Positions 18,471 through 29,500 of a stretch of 64,000 bases of DNA are shown piece by piece (the first letter of the stretch is position 1; every line of letters starts with the position of its first letter). Under the pieces are notes generated by a model. That model had not been told where the DNA came from, searched no databases, and saw only the letters and a list, made by a program, of their open reading frames with translations. A program made the translations under genes and the position numbers. The stretch comes from Myxococcales bacterium. GTDB taxonomy: Bacteria > Myxococcota_A > Bradymonadia > REDH01. Where the stretch lies: positions 3,398 through 67,397 of the forward strand of contig CANMDT010000002.1 in the NCBI GenBank assembly GCA_947496715.1, in the 5' to 3' direction.

Positions 18471-20558
18471 ATGAAGGGAACGAAGGCAATTGTTTCAATC
18501 TTCCTTGTGGCCGCTGCGGCTGGTTGTGCGGCACCTGACGATGGCCCTGCGGAAGTGGCAGGGGGTGGGCTGGCCGCGACGTGCACGAAGCCGTTCGAAG
18601 CGACAGACACAGTCTCGCCGGAAGCGCTCACCACGAGATTGGCGACCGCCGTCGCCGGCGAGGTGATTCGGGTCACACCGGGGACGCTGCAGGGGTCGAT
18701 CGTTGTCCCCGCGGGTGTGGTCCTGCTGGGCGATGGCGTGGAGGTTGTCGCCGAGGGGGGTGCTGGGCTGCGCTTAACGGGCGGTTCGGCGACGCAGCCA
18801 ACGGTGATTCGGGGCTTCACGGTGCGCACCATCGAAGGAGCGCCACCCGTAGCAGCCGTAGTCGCAGTCGGCGGCGACGCGCTGGTGCTCAGCGATCTCA
18901 AGTTAGCATTGAGCACCGGTGCAGGTATCATCAGCGAGGGGGTTCGAGATCTTCAGATCTGCGGCACAGAGATCGCTGGTGGGCTCGACGAGGCGAACTT
19001 TGCGGCACTGAGCGACCTCCCGACTGTTGCTGCAACAGACGCAGCCATTCTGGGGTTGGTAGTGACGGCGGGCGAGCGACTCACAAAGGCCGGGGTCGAT
19101 ATCCGCGATCTGGTCATCAGGAACATCGCCGGGTTCGGTGCCGCCTTTGTCGACACGGAGGCGGCGTGGGCACAGGGCCGCGTGGAGGGATGTGCGGGGA
19201 CCGGCATCTTCCTCTCCCGCTCGACCCACGGCTGGACAGACGTCGTGGTGACCGGAGGCCGCGCCAGCAGCACGGGCAGCGCTACCTTCCAGACCGGGTG
19301 GGGGGTGGTGAATACCGAGGCCTCTCGGCTCGACACCGATGGTCTGCAAGTTGTAGGCATTCCCGGCTTCGGCGTCTTCCAATCCGGGTCGCGCAGCCAG
19401 CATCTTGGAGCTCGCATCGTTGCGAACACGATGCGGGGCGTCCTCGTGCAGGAAAGCCTCTCCAACAGTATCGACGACCCGGAACTGCTCTTTGACCAGG
19501 CAGTGATTGCAGGCAACGGCGGAGCAGGCATCCAGGTCATCGACGGCGGCGGCGTGGTCTTTCAGAATGGCATCATCGCGGAGAGCAGATCGCTGCCGAC
19601 GCTGAACGGCGGATTCGGCGATCTCGTGGGCACGATCAGCGACGGAATCCAGCTCAATAGCGTCAGCGCGACGTCGGTCGGCACGCAGCTTCGGGCGGAC
19701 CGAGCCGTCATCTACGGAAACGGCAAGGCCGGGATCAACGCGGCAGGGACGGGAACACAACTGCTCTCGGAGGGGAGCGCCGGACTGTCGGTCTGCGGTA
19801 CCACCGAGCTCGACACGGCGCGCTGGACCTGCAACCTAACTGCCGAGGAAGGCTGGGACTGCCTCCGCGAAAGAGGGCCCTCGGTTTCAGAGGGTTGGCA
19901 GTGCAGCGACACAGGTGGCGCGACGGTCTGCAGCAGCAGCGACCCGGCACAGGCGGTGGCACAGACACCCGGCTTTGCTGTGGTTAGCCCGTCGGATGGC
20001 CTGCCCTCCTTCTGCCGGTCGGCGGCAGAGTCGATCGTGGGCGAAAACGGGCTGGTCGTCTCGACTGGTGTGGCAGCGGCCGGCAGCGCGACTGGGTTTC
20101 AGAAGGCTACGCCGGGAGCCGTAGGCGTTGGTTACGACTGGCGTTGCCGCAGCGAAGCCGGAGTTCGCATCTGTACGATGCAAGAGTTGGATCGTCTCGC
20201 GGTGGACGATGCCGACAACCCATCGCTCACCCAGGGATCGGGCTGGAGCTGCTCCTACACCGAGACCGGGCGCCGGTGTCTGTGGGGAGGTTTCGGGATT
20301 GTCACAGGGGGAGATGTCGTCGGGAGCGCCGGGTTTTTGGCCAATGTAGAGCCTCGGATCATTGATCGTGACCAGCTGGTGAGATCCGGCCTGATCGCGC
20401 CACCGGGCATGGAGTTGCGGCGCGATCCGACGACCGTTCCGGCGCTCCGCGGTGGCGCCCGCTCCATCGTCGGCGAGAATGGACTTGTAAATCCGGACGG
20501 GTCACTCGGCAGCCGTGCGATCGTCGGAGAGAACGGGGTGGTGGGAGAAGACGGCTGA
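18471..20558 (+). CDS. Secreted right-handed parallel beta-helix lipoprotein, short paralog. C-terminal Cys-rich region and Gly-rich tail.
   Basis: Start at MKGTKAIVSIFLVAAAAGC (lipobox) with GGTGAGGA RBS. Beta-helix repeat signatures (…NGGAGIQVIDGGGVVFQNGIIA…). C-terminal W/C-rich segment then …IVGENGLVNPDG…IVGENGVVGEDG. Paralog of 61809-63809. Confidence 0.8.
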   Translation: MKGTKAIVSIFLVAAAAGCAAPDDGPAEVAGGGLAATCTKPFEATDTVSPEALTTRLATAVAGEVIRVTPGTLQGSIVVPAGVVLLGDGVEVVAEGGAGLRLTGGSATQPTVIRGFTVRTIEGAPPVAAVVAVGGDALVLSDLKLALSTGAGIISEGVRDLQICGTEIAGGLDEANFAALSDLPTVAATDAAILGLVVTAGERLTKAGVDIRDLVIRNIAGFGAAFVDTEAAWAQGRVEGCAGTGIFLSRSTHGWTDVVVTGGRASSTGSATFQTGWGVVNTEASRLDTDGLQVVGIPGFGVFQSGSRSQHLGARIVANTMRGVLVQESLSNSIDDPELLFDQAVIAGNGGAGIQVIDGGGVVFQNGIIAESRSLPTLNGGFGDLVGTISDGIQLNSVSATSVGTQLRADRAVIYGNGKAGINAAGTGTQLLSEGSAGLSVCGTTELDTARWTCNLTAEEGWDCLRERGPSVSEGWQCSDTGGATVCSSSDPAQAVAQTPGFAVVSPSDGLPSFCRSAAESIVGENGLVVSTGVAAAGSATGFQKATPGAVGVGYDWRCRSEAGVRICTMQELDRLAVDDADNPSLTQGSGWSCSYTETGRRCLWGGFGIVTGGDVVGSAGFLANVEPRIIDRDQLVRSGLIAPPGMELRRDPTTVPALRGGARSIVGENGLVNPDGSLGSRAIVGENGVVGEDG

Positions 20559-20565
20559 GAGCTGC

Positions 20566-23500
20566 TCAGGGCTGCGTGATGCAGAACGGGCGAGGGGAGC
20601 ACTGCTCGTCTTGGCAGTCGATCGTCCCGTCCCCGTTGTCGTCTTCTCCATTCGAGCAGTCTTCCCGCTGGCTCGCGAGCGGCTCTGCCTCACTCGGGTC
20701 TGCCGTCTGCAGTTCTGCAAGCGCTGCTTCGATGTCGGGAATCTCGAGTTCGCTCACACCGAGGTCGAGGCCGTTCTGCTCGTATCGCTCGTTGCGAAGG
20801 GCCACCGCGAGTTCGGTCCGGGAGAAATCACTCCCCATGACGTTGATGCCGATGAGATTGCCTCGAATCAGTGCATCACGAAGCTGGATCGAAAGTCCAT
20901 TGCCATAGAGCTGCAAACCGCAGCGGGGATTCTCGCGCAGACGGAGCTGCGTGCCGTCGAGCGTCGCCCCATCGCCAAGGACCAGTCCGTCGCCGTAGCG
21001 GAGCTGGCGCTGCTCGTCTTCGACAGGGAGAGTAGCGTCGATGTCCAGGTGATCGAAACGAAGGGTCGCCTGGGCTCCGCGGACATGAAGCGCCGTCGCT
21101 CGGTTCCCGCGCAGGCTAGCCCCCTGAAGCGAGATGGAGGCATCTTCAGCGCGGATGCCTGCGGCACGACCGCGCTCGTCCGCGGAGAGGAGGTTCGCGC
21201 GCGAATCGACCGGGCCGATATCCTTCACCACGAGCCGTTCCCCGGCCAACGACGAGAGAGGGTCTGCAACGATCAGTCCTGACCGATCAAACCCGCGCAC
21301 CAAGACATCTTCAAGCGAGAGACTGCTCCCTCGTTCAACCACAATCCCGTCTGCGAGCAGCTGGGTCTGCTCTTCGCGCCAGCCCCCCGTTCCGTCGACC
21401 AGCAGCCGCTCTCCGACCCCTACTGCCGGCAGGCCATCCGCTCCTTGCAGACGCCAGGCCCCGGCCGAGGAGCGGAAGACGACATCACGGAGCGTCAGGT
21501 CACTGCCCACTGTCTGCGCCGCTGAGGCCCTGTCGAAGCGGGCCGTATCCACAGTGGCCACCGCATCACCATCGAGCAGCAGCAGTGGAAGCTCAGGCAA
21601 AGAGGGCGCATTTCGGAGGAACAGACCGTCGATCGAGGCGCGCGCACCCAGGGTGAGCTGAAGCGGTGCCTCGCTCTGCAGCGAGCTCGCCGTCAGGTTG
21701 GCTCCCTCGAAGTAGAGGCGACCGAAACCTTCACCTAGAACTGCTTCGGCATCGGGTGTTGCAGCAAACAGGGCACGGCCGACAGAAACGTCGGTGAGCT
21801 GGACGGTACCGCCCATGGCAACGAGGGAGTCACGATTGTCTCCGAGGCGCGAACGTGTGAGTTCGAGGCTGCTCTCCGCATCCACAAACAGCGCCACCTC
21901 ATCGTTTCGTGTAATGAAGGCATCGTAGAGGCGGAGGTGCGACCCGGTTTCGATGCTCACTCCACGGCCAGCAGAGCTTGCTCCTGCATCAGCGGCGAGG
22001 TGGTCGACCCTCGCCCCGGTTATGGTGACCTCACTGTCGTAGAAGATCGCCGCCGGCCGAGCATTTTGGAGCAGCGTGAGTCGCTCGAAGACTGCTGAGC
22101 TTAGCGAGAGATCGAGCAGGCTCTGGGTGTTTGGTGATTCACCCGCGCCGCCCTCCGTGATGGCAATCCCCGCTCCATCGGCGTTGCTGCTCCAGAGGCT
22201 CAGGGCCGCCCCTTCGCTCCCGCTCACGACCAGATCGAAGAGGTGCAACGAAGATCTGTATGCGTAGAGTGCCACAGCCTGCTGCCCACGCAGGAGAGCG
22301 GTCTGCAGCGTGACGTCAGGGCCAGCGAATTCGCTGCCCCACGGAAGGAAGAGATGGAGTCCGTCGGCGCCACCAAGGACGGTTAGGTTCTGAGCGGTCA
22401 TGATGATCGGCAACAGCGACGGTTGCACGTAGATCGCAGCCTGCCCCGCGCCGGCCATGAGCAGGTTCTCAAAGCGAGTCACACCGCCCGAGATCTGCAA
22501 TCCAAACCACTGGCTCGCCACCACTGCAACCTCGGTCACCGGCGCTTCAAGGTCGATATCGATGACAACCCCGTAGGCGGTCTCTGCAACAAAAATCTGC
22601 GTGAGTGAAACCTGCGCCGCGAGCTCCGCTGCGTCTGCCACAACCACCGCCGTGCCGTCTGTTTGCCGGACCACCGCTCGGCGCAGGCTCGCCTCAACAC
22701 CATCAAGCGCGAGACAGGTAGATGCCGATGGATCGGTTGCGCAGCGCTCCGCCGCGAATTGGTTGAGCTCGAGCTGACCCCAGACGGCTGAAAGGGCTGC
22801 ACCTTCGACGTCTCGCACGACAAGGTCGTCGATGGTCGCACTCACATCGCTCAGCGAGAGGCCGTCAAGCCGGTAGGGACTCGGGCCAGCGCCACGCACT
22901 TCACAGCGCTCCAGCGTCAGGTTCATCGGAGCCGCAACCAGCCCGAAAACGGTGTCGTTGGCGGTTGCGGAGAAGCCCGCGTCGAAGAGCGCCAGATCGC
23001 GCAGCGCGACCTCCGTTCCCCCCATCAGGCCTACGCCTATCGACCACGGAAAGGTTGGATGAAGCGATGGGCTGTCGACCACCAACCGCGAAAGATCAAC
23101 GCGCGTCACCCTCCCGTCGGGCGCGTCGACCCACAGACCAGCATGCTCCAGGCGATCAATCAGGATACCTTCGCCCGTCACAGTTGCACCATAGCTTGCA
23201 ACCAAGCCACCTCCGGAGAGCACGCCGGACTCGAGATAGACCGGATTCAGATCCAATGTGACGCCGGAAACGCGGATGTTCGTGAGGTGCAGTCGGCCTG
23301 CATCAGTCACAGCGATACCACGCTGAAAGGCGCGCGTGACCTGCAGATCGTGGAGACGATGAACGACTCCCTCTTCGGGAGACCCACGCACAACAACACC
23401 GTTGGTGGCTGCATCGATGGCGAGGTTGGCCACAAGCGACCCGAGCGCGCCGGTCATCGAGACCGCACCAACATCGACGTAGTCTCCTTCGGGCACAAGG

Positions 23501-24423
23501 CGCGTGCCGCCCACACAGGCACCCACGAGCGCCACTCCGTCGTCGAGCTCCACAATGTCAGGATAGTCACCGAGCGCCATCGCAATGATGGCACCTGGAG
23601 GGACCTCATTGAACAGGTAGGTAGCTCGGTTGAGGCTCATGGGATCGAGCCGGCTGCCGTCGCCCGAGCCATCGGGGGAGACGAAGACGATGGGACCATC
23701 GAAGCCGGGGGCCATCGCTCGTAGGGCTTCATCCGTGGGCCAGCGCTCGGCTGCCGTCGGACAGGGTTGGCCGAGGGGGAGGCAGGCAGTGTCGCCGGGG
23801 AGGGCGATGGTCCCGGGAGGGCAGTCGCGAGGTACATCGGGAGGCTCACAGCGACGAAACGAGATTCGCTCGGCTCCGGCCACCGGCAGCCCGGAGTCGT
23901 CGAGGGTTGCGTCGATGGGCCGCCAGCCAACCGGGCAATCCCAGTCCTCGAGGTTGGGGAGACAGGTGCCAGTACCCGGCGCGAAGCCCGAATCTTCGAA
24001 AATCTGACCGCTGCTGCAATCTTCGGGTCGACTGCCCGTCGGGCGGAGATCACAATCGTCAGTGGCGCAGCTCGATGGTGGTACGGGCAGGCAGAGTCCG
24101 GTTCCAGGTTCGAAGCCCGATCCATCGTCAATCTCGCCGCTCGCGCACTCATCGGGCCTGAGCCCCTTCGGTCGCGCGGGGCAGGCCGCCGCCGCGACTC
24201 CGTCAATCCAGCAGGAGCCCTCGTCCACCTCCTCGCCGGAATCAATCTGCGAGTCGCCAAGGTCAGTATCGGCCGTCTCGGTCGGACCGGTATCAACCGT
24301 TGCCCCGGTATCAGCTTCGACGCGGTTCGATACCGGCTCATCACAGGCCGACAGCAGCAGGCCAAGGATCGTCGCGGTGAAGCGGAGTGAGGCGGAGCAG
24401 AACGCAGTTCGCTTAAACATCAT
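20566..24423 (-). CDS. Large parallel beta-helix lipoprotein (1285 aa), long paralog. Conserved Cys-rich N-terminal module. C-terminal CxxGxDDxGDGxxDC metal-binding-like motif.
   Basis: Lipobox LLLSAC. N-terminal module (…C.SG.I.D.SGF.PGTG.C.P…DWDCP.GW…RCEPP…DCP…) is shared with 43394-45973 and 46072-48846. Long run of ~45-aa beta-helix-like repeats. Ends …CSNGEDDNGDGTIDCQDEQC…. Confidence 0.8.
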   Translation of the reverse strand: MMFKRTAFCSASLRFTATILGLLLSACDEPVSNRVEADTGATVDTGPTETADTDLGDSQIDSGEEVDEGSCWIDGVAAAACPARPKGLRPDECASGEIDDGSGFEPGTGLCLPVPPSSCATDDCDLRPTGSRPEDCSSGQIFEDSGFAPGTGTCLPNLEDWDCPVGWRPIDATLDDSGLPVAGAERISFRRCEPPDVPRDCPPGTIALPGDTACLPLGQPCPTAAERWPTDEALRAMAPGFDGPIVFVSPDGSGDGSRLDPMSLNRATYLFNEVPPGAIIAMALGDYPDIVELDDGVALVGACVGGTRLVPEGDYVDVGAVSMTGALGSLVANLAIDAATNGVVVRGSPEEGVVHRLHDLQVTRAFQRGIAVTDAGRLHLTNIRVSGVTLDLNPVYLESGVLSGGGLVASYGATVTGEGILIDRLEHAGLWVDAPDGRVTRVDLSRLVVDSPSLHPTFPWSIGVGLMGGTEVALRDLALFDAGFSATANDTVFGLVAAPMNLTLERCEVRGAGPSPYRLDGLSLSDVSATIDDLVVRDVEGAALSAVWGQLELNQFAAERCATDPSASTCLALDGVEASLRRAVVRQTDGTAVVVADAAELAAQVSLTQIFVAETAYGVVIDIDLEAPVTEVAVVASQWFGLQISGGVTRFENLLMAGAGQAAIYVQPSLLPIIMTAQNLTVLGGADGLHLFLPWGSEFAGPDVTLQTALLRGQQAVALYAYRSSLHLFDLVVSGSEGAALSLWSSNADGAGIAITEGGAGESPNTQSLLDLSLSSAVFERLTLLQNARPAAIFYDSEVTITGARVDHLAADAGASSAGRGVSIETGSHLRLYDAFITRNDEVALFVDAESSLELTRSRLGDNRDSLVAMGGTVQLTDVSVGRALFAATPDAEAVLGEGFGRLYFEGANLTASSLQSEAPLQLTLGARASIDGLFLRNAPSLPELPLLLLDGDAVATVDTARFDRASAAQTVGSDLTLRDVVFRSSAGAWRLQGADGLPAVGVGERLLVDGTGGWREEQTQLLADGIVVERGSSLSLEDVLVRGFDRSGLIVADPLSSLAGERLVVKDIGPVDSRANLLSADERGRAAGIRAEDASISLQGASLRGNRATALHVRGAQATLRFDHLDIDATLPVEDEQRQLRYGDGLVLGDGATLDGTQLRLRENPRCGLQLYGNGLSIQLRDALIRGNLIGINVMGSDFSRTELAVALRNERYEQNGLDLGVSELEIPDIEAALAELQTADPSEAEPLASQREDCSNGEDDNGDGTIDCQDEQCSPRPFCITQP

Positions 24424-24586
24424 GCGGCTCGGGCTGAGATGCGGGAGGGATGCAGGAGACCACAGCCCACGCGCCGAGGCAAGCGCCCTGCTCCTATCTC
24501 TGCGCTCGGCCCCGATCCAAAGGCGAGACGGGTTTGCCCAACCTCCACCGTTGCCCCGCGACGCGCCTTCCGACTAGGCAGGGCGC

Positions 24587-25462
24587 ATGGCCGCTCCCAT
24601 TGCCCGCGATCTGCTCAAGACCACCGCCGACTTCCTGCAGTCGCGCGGCTCCCGCTCGTCGCGGCTCGATGCCGACCTGCTCCTCTGCCAGGTGCTCGGC
24701 CTCTCACGCACCCAGCTCTACATGGACCTCATGCGCCCCCTCACCACCGCAGAGGTGGATGGCTACCGGGCGCTGGTGAAGCGGCGGGCCAAGCTGGAGC
24801 CAATCGCCTACATCGCCGGCACCAAGGGGTTCTGGAAGCATGACTTCGCCGTGGACAAGCGGGTGCTCATCCCACGCCCCGAGACGGAGCGGATTGTCGA
24901 AGAGGCGGCGAAGTCGCTGGCGGCCCGCAAGGAGGAGCCGCTGCGGATCGTCGATGTGGGGACGGGTTCGGGCTGCATCGCCTGCTCGCTGGCGGCAGAG
25001 TTCCCGCAGGCCACCGTGGTGGCCATCGATGCCTCGGCCGATGCGCTGGAGGTGGCCGCAGCCAACGCGACCACGCTGGGCCTGCGCGAACGGGTGAAGC
25101 TGGTGCGGGGCGACCTGCTCGCGCCGCTGCTCGCGCGGGGCTCCAAGGTAGATCTCATTGTCTCCAACCCGCCCTACATCGGCACCGGTGAGCGGGAGCG
25201 GATGGATGAGGATGTGAAGCTGCACGAGCCCGAGCTGGCGCTCTTTGCGGGGCGCGACGGGCTCGACCTCATTCGGCGGCTGGTGGTCGAGGCGGCACAG
25301 CTGCTCGAGCCCGAGGGCTACCTCTTTGTGGAGCATGGCGATCTGCAGGGGCCGGCGACCCGCGCGCTGGCCGAAGCGGCGGGGCTCGAACAGGTGACGA
25401 CGCTCAAGGATTACAGCCACCTCGACAGGCTGCTGGTGGCCCGCAAGCCGCCCGCCGCCTGA
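24587..25462 (+). CDS. prmC: Release factor glutamine N5-methyltransferase PrmC (HemK)
   Basis: SAM motif VDVGTGSGCIA and catalytic NPPY (IVSNPPYIG). 291 aa. Confidence 0.9.
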   Translation: MAAPIARDLLKTTADFLQSRGSRSSRLDADLLLCQVLGLSRTQLYMDLMRPLTTAEVDGYRALVKRRAKLEPIAYIAGTKGFWKHDFAVDKRVLIPRPETERIVEEAAKSLAARKEEPLRIVDVGTGSGCIACSLAAEFPQATVVAIDASADALEVAAANATTLGLRERVKLVRGDLLAPLLARGSKVDLIVSNPPYIGTGERERMDEDVKLHEPELALFAGRDGLDLIRRLVVEAAQLLEPEGYLFVEHGDLQGPATRALAEAAGLEQVTTLKDYSHLDRLLVARKPPAA

Positions 25463-25500
25463 GCCAAACGCAACGACTTCAGCCCACCCCGGATGCTGCG

Positions 25501-26499
25501 ATGAGACCCCCTCGTCTTGCCCTGCTCATGCTGCTCACCACCGCCTGCGGCGCCCCCTGCAAGCCCGCGCAGGGCAGCACGGTGGTTGCAGCACCAGCAC
25601 CAGCCGCGACGACGCCCGCGCCCGAGGTTCGTGGGGAGGCGAGCGGCGACGCCGACGGCAGCGGCGATGGCAGCGGCGACGGCAGCGGAGCCTGCGGCCA
25701 CTACGCCGATCCCATCCGGCGGGGCGAGCTGCCTGCGGTGCTCGACGAGGCCTCGGGGCTTACGAGCAGCCGCTGGTCCGGCGACCGCATCTGGGCCCAC
25801 AACGACTCGGGCGACAGCGCCCGCCTCTTTGCCCTCGACCGCTCCGGCAAGCTGCTCGCCACCGTCTCGCTCGAAGGGGCCAAGTCGAAGGACTGGGAAG
25901 ACATCGCGCGCGGCCCCTGCGCCCCCGGAGAAGCGGCTCGCAGCTGCCTCTATGTGGCCGACATGGGCGACAACAAAGAGAAGCGGGATGAGGTGCGCTT
26001 CTACCGCTTCGCGGAGCCCGAGAAGCTATCTGCGGAGATGACGGTGAGCGCCTTCGAGACGATGGAGCTCCGCTACCCCGGCGGGCCGGTCAACGCAGAG
26101 GCAATGTTTGTGGATGAGCAGGCGCGGGTGGTCATCCTGAGCAAGGAGGAGGACCAGACCAGCATCTTTGTGGCCCCCTTCGCAGCCGGAGGTCCGGTGA
26201 CAGCAACCAAGGTTGGCGAGCGGAAGCTGGCTGGGGGGAACCTCTTTGTGCGGGAGCTGGTGACGGCTGCCGATTACGATGCATCGCGGCGCCGGGTGGC
26301 CTTCCGAACCTACCACCACGCCTACGAGTGGCGGCTGCCTGCAGGGGCTGGCGCAGAGGCGCTCGGCGCGCTTACACCCGAGGCGCTGCCGCTGGCGCTG
26401 GAGCCACAGGGCGAGGCCATCGCCTACCTGCCTGGCGGGCTGGTGACGACCTCGGAGACGGCCGGTTCGCCGCTCTTCTACTACGACTGCCGGCCCTAG
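25501..26499 (+). CDS. Secreted hypothetical protein (signal peptide; possible lipoprotein)
   Basis: N-terminal MRPPRLALLMLLTTACGAPC, then a low-complexity linker and a globular domain with no motif I can name confidently. Coding-like composition. Confidence 0.65.
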   Translation: MRPPRLALLMLLTTACGAPCKPAQGSTVVAAPAPAATTPAPEVRGEASGDADGSGDGSGDGSGACGHYADPIRRGELPAVLDEASGLTSSRWSGDRIWAHNDSGDSARLFALDRSGKLLATVSLEGAKSKDWEDIARGPCAPGEAARSCLYVADMGDNKEKRDEVRFYRFAEPEKLSAEMTVSAFETMELRYPGGPVNAEAMFVDEQARVVILSKEEDQTSIFVAPFAAGGPVTATKVGERKLAGGNLFVRELVTAADYDASRRRVAFRTYHHAYEWRLPAGAGAEALGALTPEALPLALEPQGEAIAYLPGGLVTTSETAGSPLFYYDCRP

Positions 26500-26508
26500 C
26501 CGTCGGGG

Positions 26509-29500
26509 CTAGTAGCCCGACTTCCAGGAGAGCAGCGCCATGGGGGTTCCGTCGACCACCTCGGCGCGGAAGCGGAGGGTGCGGCTGCGCTCGATCATGG
26601 CGAGGCAGGCGAGCGGCATGACCTCGTCGCCAAAGGCAGCGAGTCGGTCTGCAGAGGTCCCCTTCTCGCCGAGCGCGCGGGTGAGGAGCTTGACGAGGGG
26701 GCGGCCGGAGAGGGGGCCGGAGGGGCGCTCCTCCTTGGACTCGGCCTCGGGCGCGGCGCTCTCTTCGGTCTCCGTGATGGCGGATTCGTCGCCCTCGGGG
26801 AGTTCGCCGGCCTGAGCCTCGACGGCTTCGGCCGCGGGCTCTTCGCCTGTGACGAGCGTGGGTGCCGGCTTGGGCTTGCTGGCCCGGAGCAGCGGCATGC
26901 AGATGGCGTTGCGGCGGAGCTCCATCTTGGGCTGCAGCTCGTGCTTCTGCTGCACGGCGACGAGCAGCGAGATCCAGACGGCGAGGTCGGTGCGGTCGAG
27001 CTCCACCCACTCCTGCTCGAGGTAGTCAGTGGTGAGGAGGTGGTGGGGGTCTGCGAGCCGCATGCCGGCCGTTGCGGCGGTGGACTCGATGACGGGGATG
27101 ATCTCGCGGCGGAGGTCGAAGCTACCGGGCGCAAAGTCGCGCACGCGGCGGAGCATGGGCAGGGTGGCCCAGACGATGGTCGGGTCGACCTCGCGGAGGA
27201 GCGAGAGGGCGAGCGCGACACCCTTGGCGAGCTCCTTGCGGGCGCTCTTGCGGGTGCTGCGGGCCAGCTTCTCGTCAACGGTGACGGCCTCGTTGCGGCG
27301 TCCGCGCGGGGCGCGCTGTGCAGCAGCGGGAGCAGCTGCATCGGTGGTCTCTTCGGCGGGTGCGTCGGAGGCAAAGGATGGCTCGTCCGTGGAGGCTTCT
27401 GCGGTCTCGGCGGAGGCCTCGACAGAGGATTCCTCGGCGGGTGCGTCGGAGGCAAAGGATGGCTCGTCCGTGGAGGCTTCTGCGGCCTCTGCAGCGATTG
27501 CTTCGGCAGAGGCGGCGCGCTCCTCTTCGACCTCTTCGGCCGTCTGATGGGCAACAGGCGCGTTCGCAAGCGCCCGCTCGAGCGCCTCCAGACGAGCGAT
27601 GAGCGGAGCCACCTCGGCGGCCGGCTCTGCGGCATGCTGGAGTACGGCGGTGACCGCCTTCACAACGGCACGCTCAAGGGTTGCAAAGCTGCCGGCGCCG
27701 GTGATGGCCGAGGCCACCAGGCGGGTCCCGGCGCGCTTGCCCTGCGGGCCCTCGAAGTCGGCGTAGGGGAAGCTCTCGGAGGCCAGCGCAAAGGGGAGTG
27801 CTTCGAGCGCAGCGAGCAGCTCCGACTCGGCGTTCCCAGCGGTGAGCTGCTGCTCGAGGAGCGGAGCGATGGTCGCGGCCGTGCGCTCATCGGTGAGCCA
27901 GGCGAGGAAGCCGACGAAGTGGCGAGAGCCGTTGTCGAGCGACCAGCGGAGCGCCTGCGATGCGAAGCTCTCGACCGTCTTTCCGGAGGTTCCGAGCTGG
28001 GCGAGGCGCCAGCCGTCGAGCGCCTGCGCGAAGCCCTCGGGCAGGTAGCGGGCGGGGCGGTAGCGGGCGAAGGCCTGCTCGAGCGCGGCGCGGGGGGCGT
28101 CGAAGCGGTCGCCCATGCGGCCTTCGAGATCGCGGAGGGCGACGGCGGAGGTACGAAGAGCGGCGCCGCCCTGTGCGGTGGCGAGGGCAGAGGTCCAGAG
28201 AGCGAGCGCAGCGTCGCGTTCGCCGAGCGCGTGGCGCTGCATGAAGCCGACGGCGGCGGCGGGCTGGTTGCCCTCGAGGAGCAGGTTGAGCCGCTCGGAT
28301 GCGGGCCACTGTGTGTGGGCCGCGATCTGGTTCATGACGAGGTCGCGCTGGGGCTCGGAGAGGCTCTTTGCGGCGAGCTCCAGGAGCATGATGACGGCGG
28401 CCTCGGGGGCGGCGATGCACTCGCCGCGGGAGCTGTCGAAGAAGCCTGCGAAGGCGGCGCCGCAGGACCAGTTCTGGTCGCCGGCGGGCTCGAGGAGCCA
28501 GCGGACGCTGACAGCATTCTTGGCTCGGTCGATGGCGCAACGGACCCACTCAACGCGGGCGCGGGCAGCAGCCAGCGAGGTGGCTGGGGCGAGGGTGTGG
28601 CCGAGCTCGGCGAAGGCTTCGCTGCGGACCATCTGGCCTCGGGCAGGGCTGCGGCGGATGCTCTCGAGGAGGCGGGGGAGTTCGTCGACCGGCGTGCGGG
28701 CGATGAGCTGCGGGAGCCGTGCGGCGAGGGCGTCGCCATCGAGCTCGGCGAGGTTGATGACGAGGTCGTGGTAGCGCTCCGCGCCGGGCGTTCCCGGTGC
28801 TTCGGCGAGCAGGCCGTCGAGCGCGGTGGCGGTGGCGGTGCCCCAGACGGGCGAGCCCTTCACCTCGGTCTGCGCCTTGCGGGAGACCTGGCGGGCGAGC
28901 GAGCCGACCTCGATGAGCTGCTTGACGGAGAGGTCGCCGGCGCTGGGTGCGAGCCGCTCGAGGAAGTCGAGGTAGCGGGCGCTGTCGCTGGGGTCGATGG
29001 AGCGGCAGAAGGCGCGCCAGTAGAGGAAGTGGCGGAGCAGCGGCGAGCTGCCGGCGAGTTCGGGTGCGCGGAGCGGGAGCCCGATGATGGGGTTGCCGGC
29101 GGCCGCGCGTGCGACGGCGTGGTCGACGATGGCGGAGGAGAAGGCGAGCGACTCGCGGGAGATGGCCTTGGCGGCGACGGCGGCCTCGAGGCGCTGGCTG
29201 ACTGCCGCATCGGAGGCGGCGGCATCACCGGTGGCGGTGAAGAGCTCGCCGAGCTGACGCATCATGGGATGGTCGGCGTGGAGCAGCGCCTCGCAGAGGC
29301 TGGCAGCGGCCGGGTGGGCGCCGCCGGCGACGCGACCGTAGGCGCGGCAGATGCCGATGGTGGGCATGTCGGTGATGAGGTTGGCCGCGAGGTGGCGCGC
29401 ATCGGCGCGACGGTCGCGGAGCTCGGCGCCGCGGTAGCTCCAGGCGGTGAGGAGGTGCTCATAGCGGGCGAGCCAGGTGCGCGCGGCAACGGGGAAGCCC

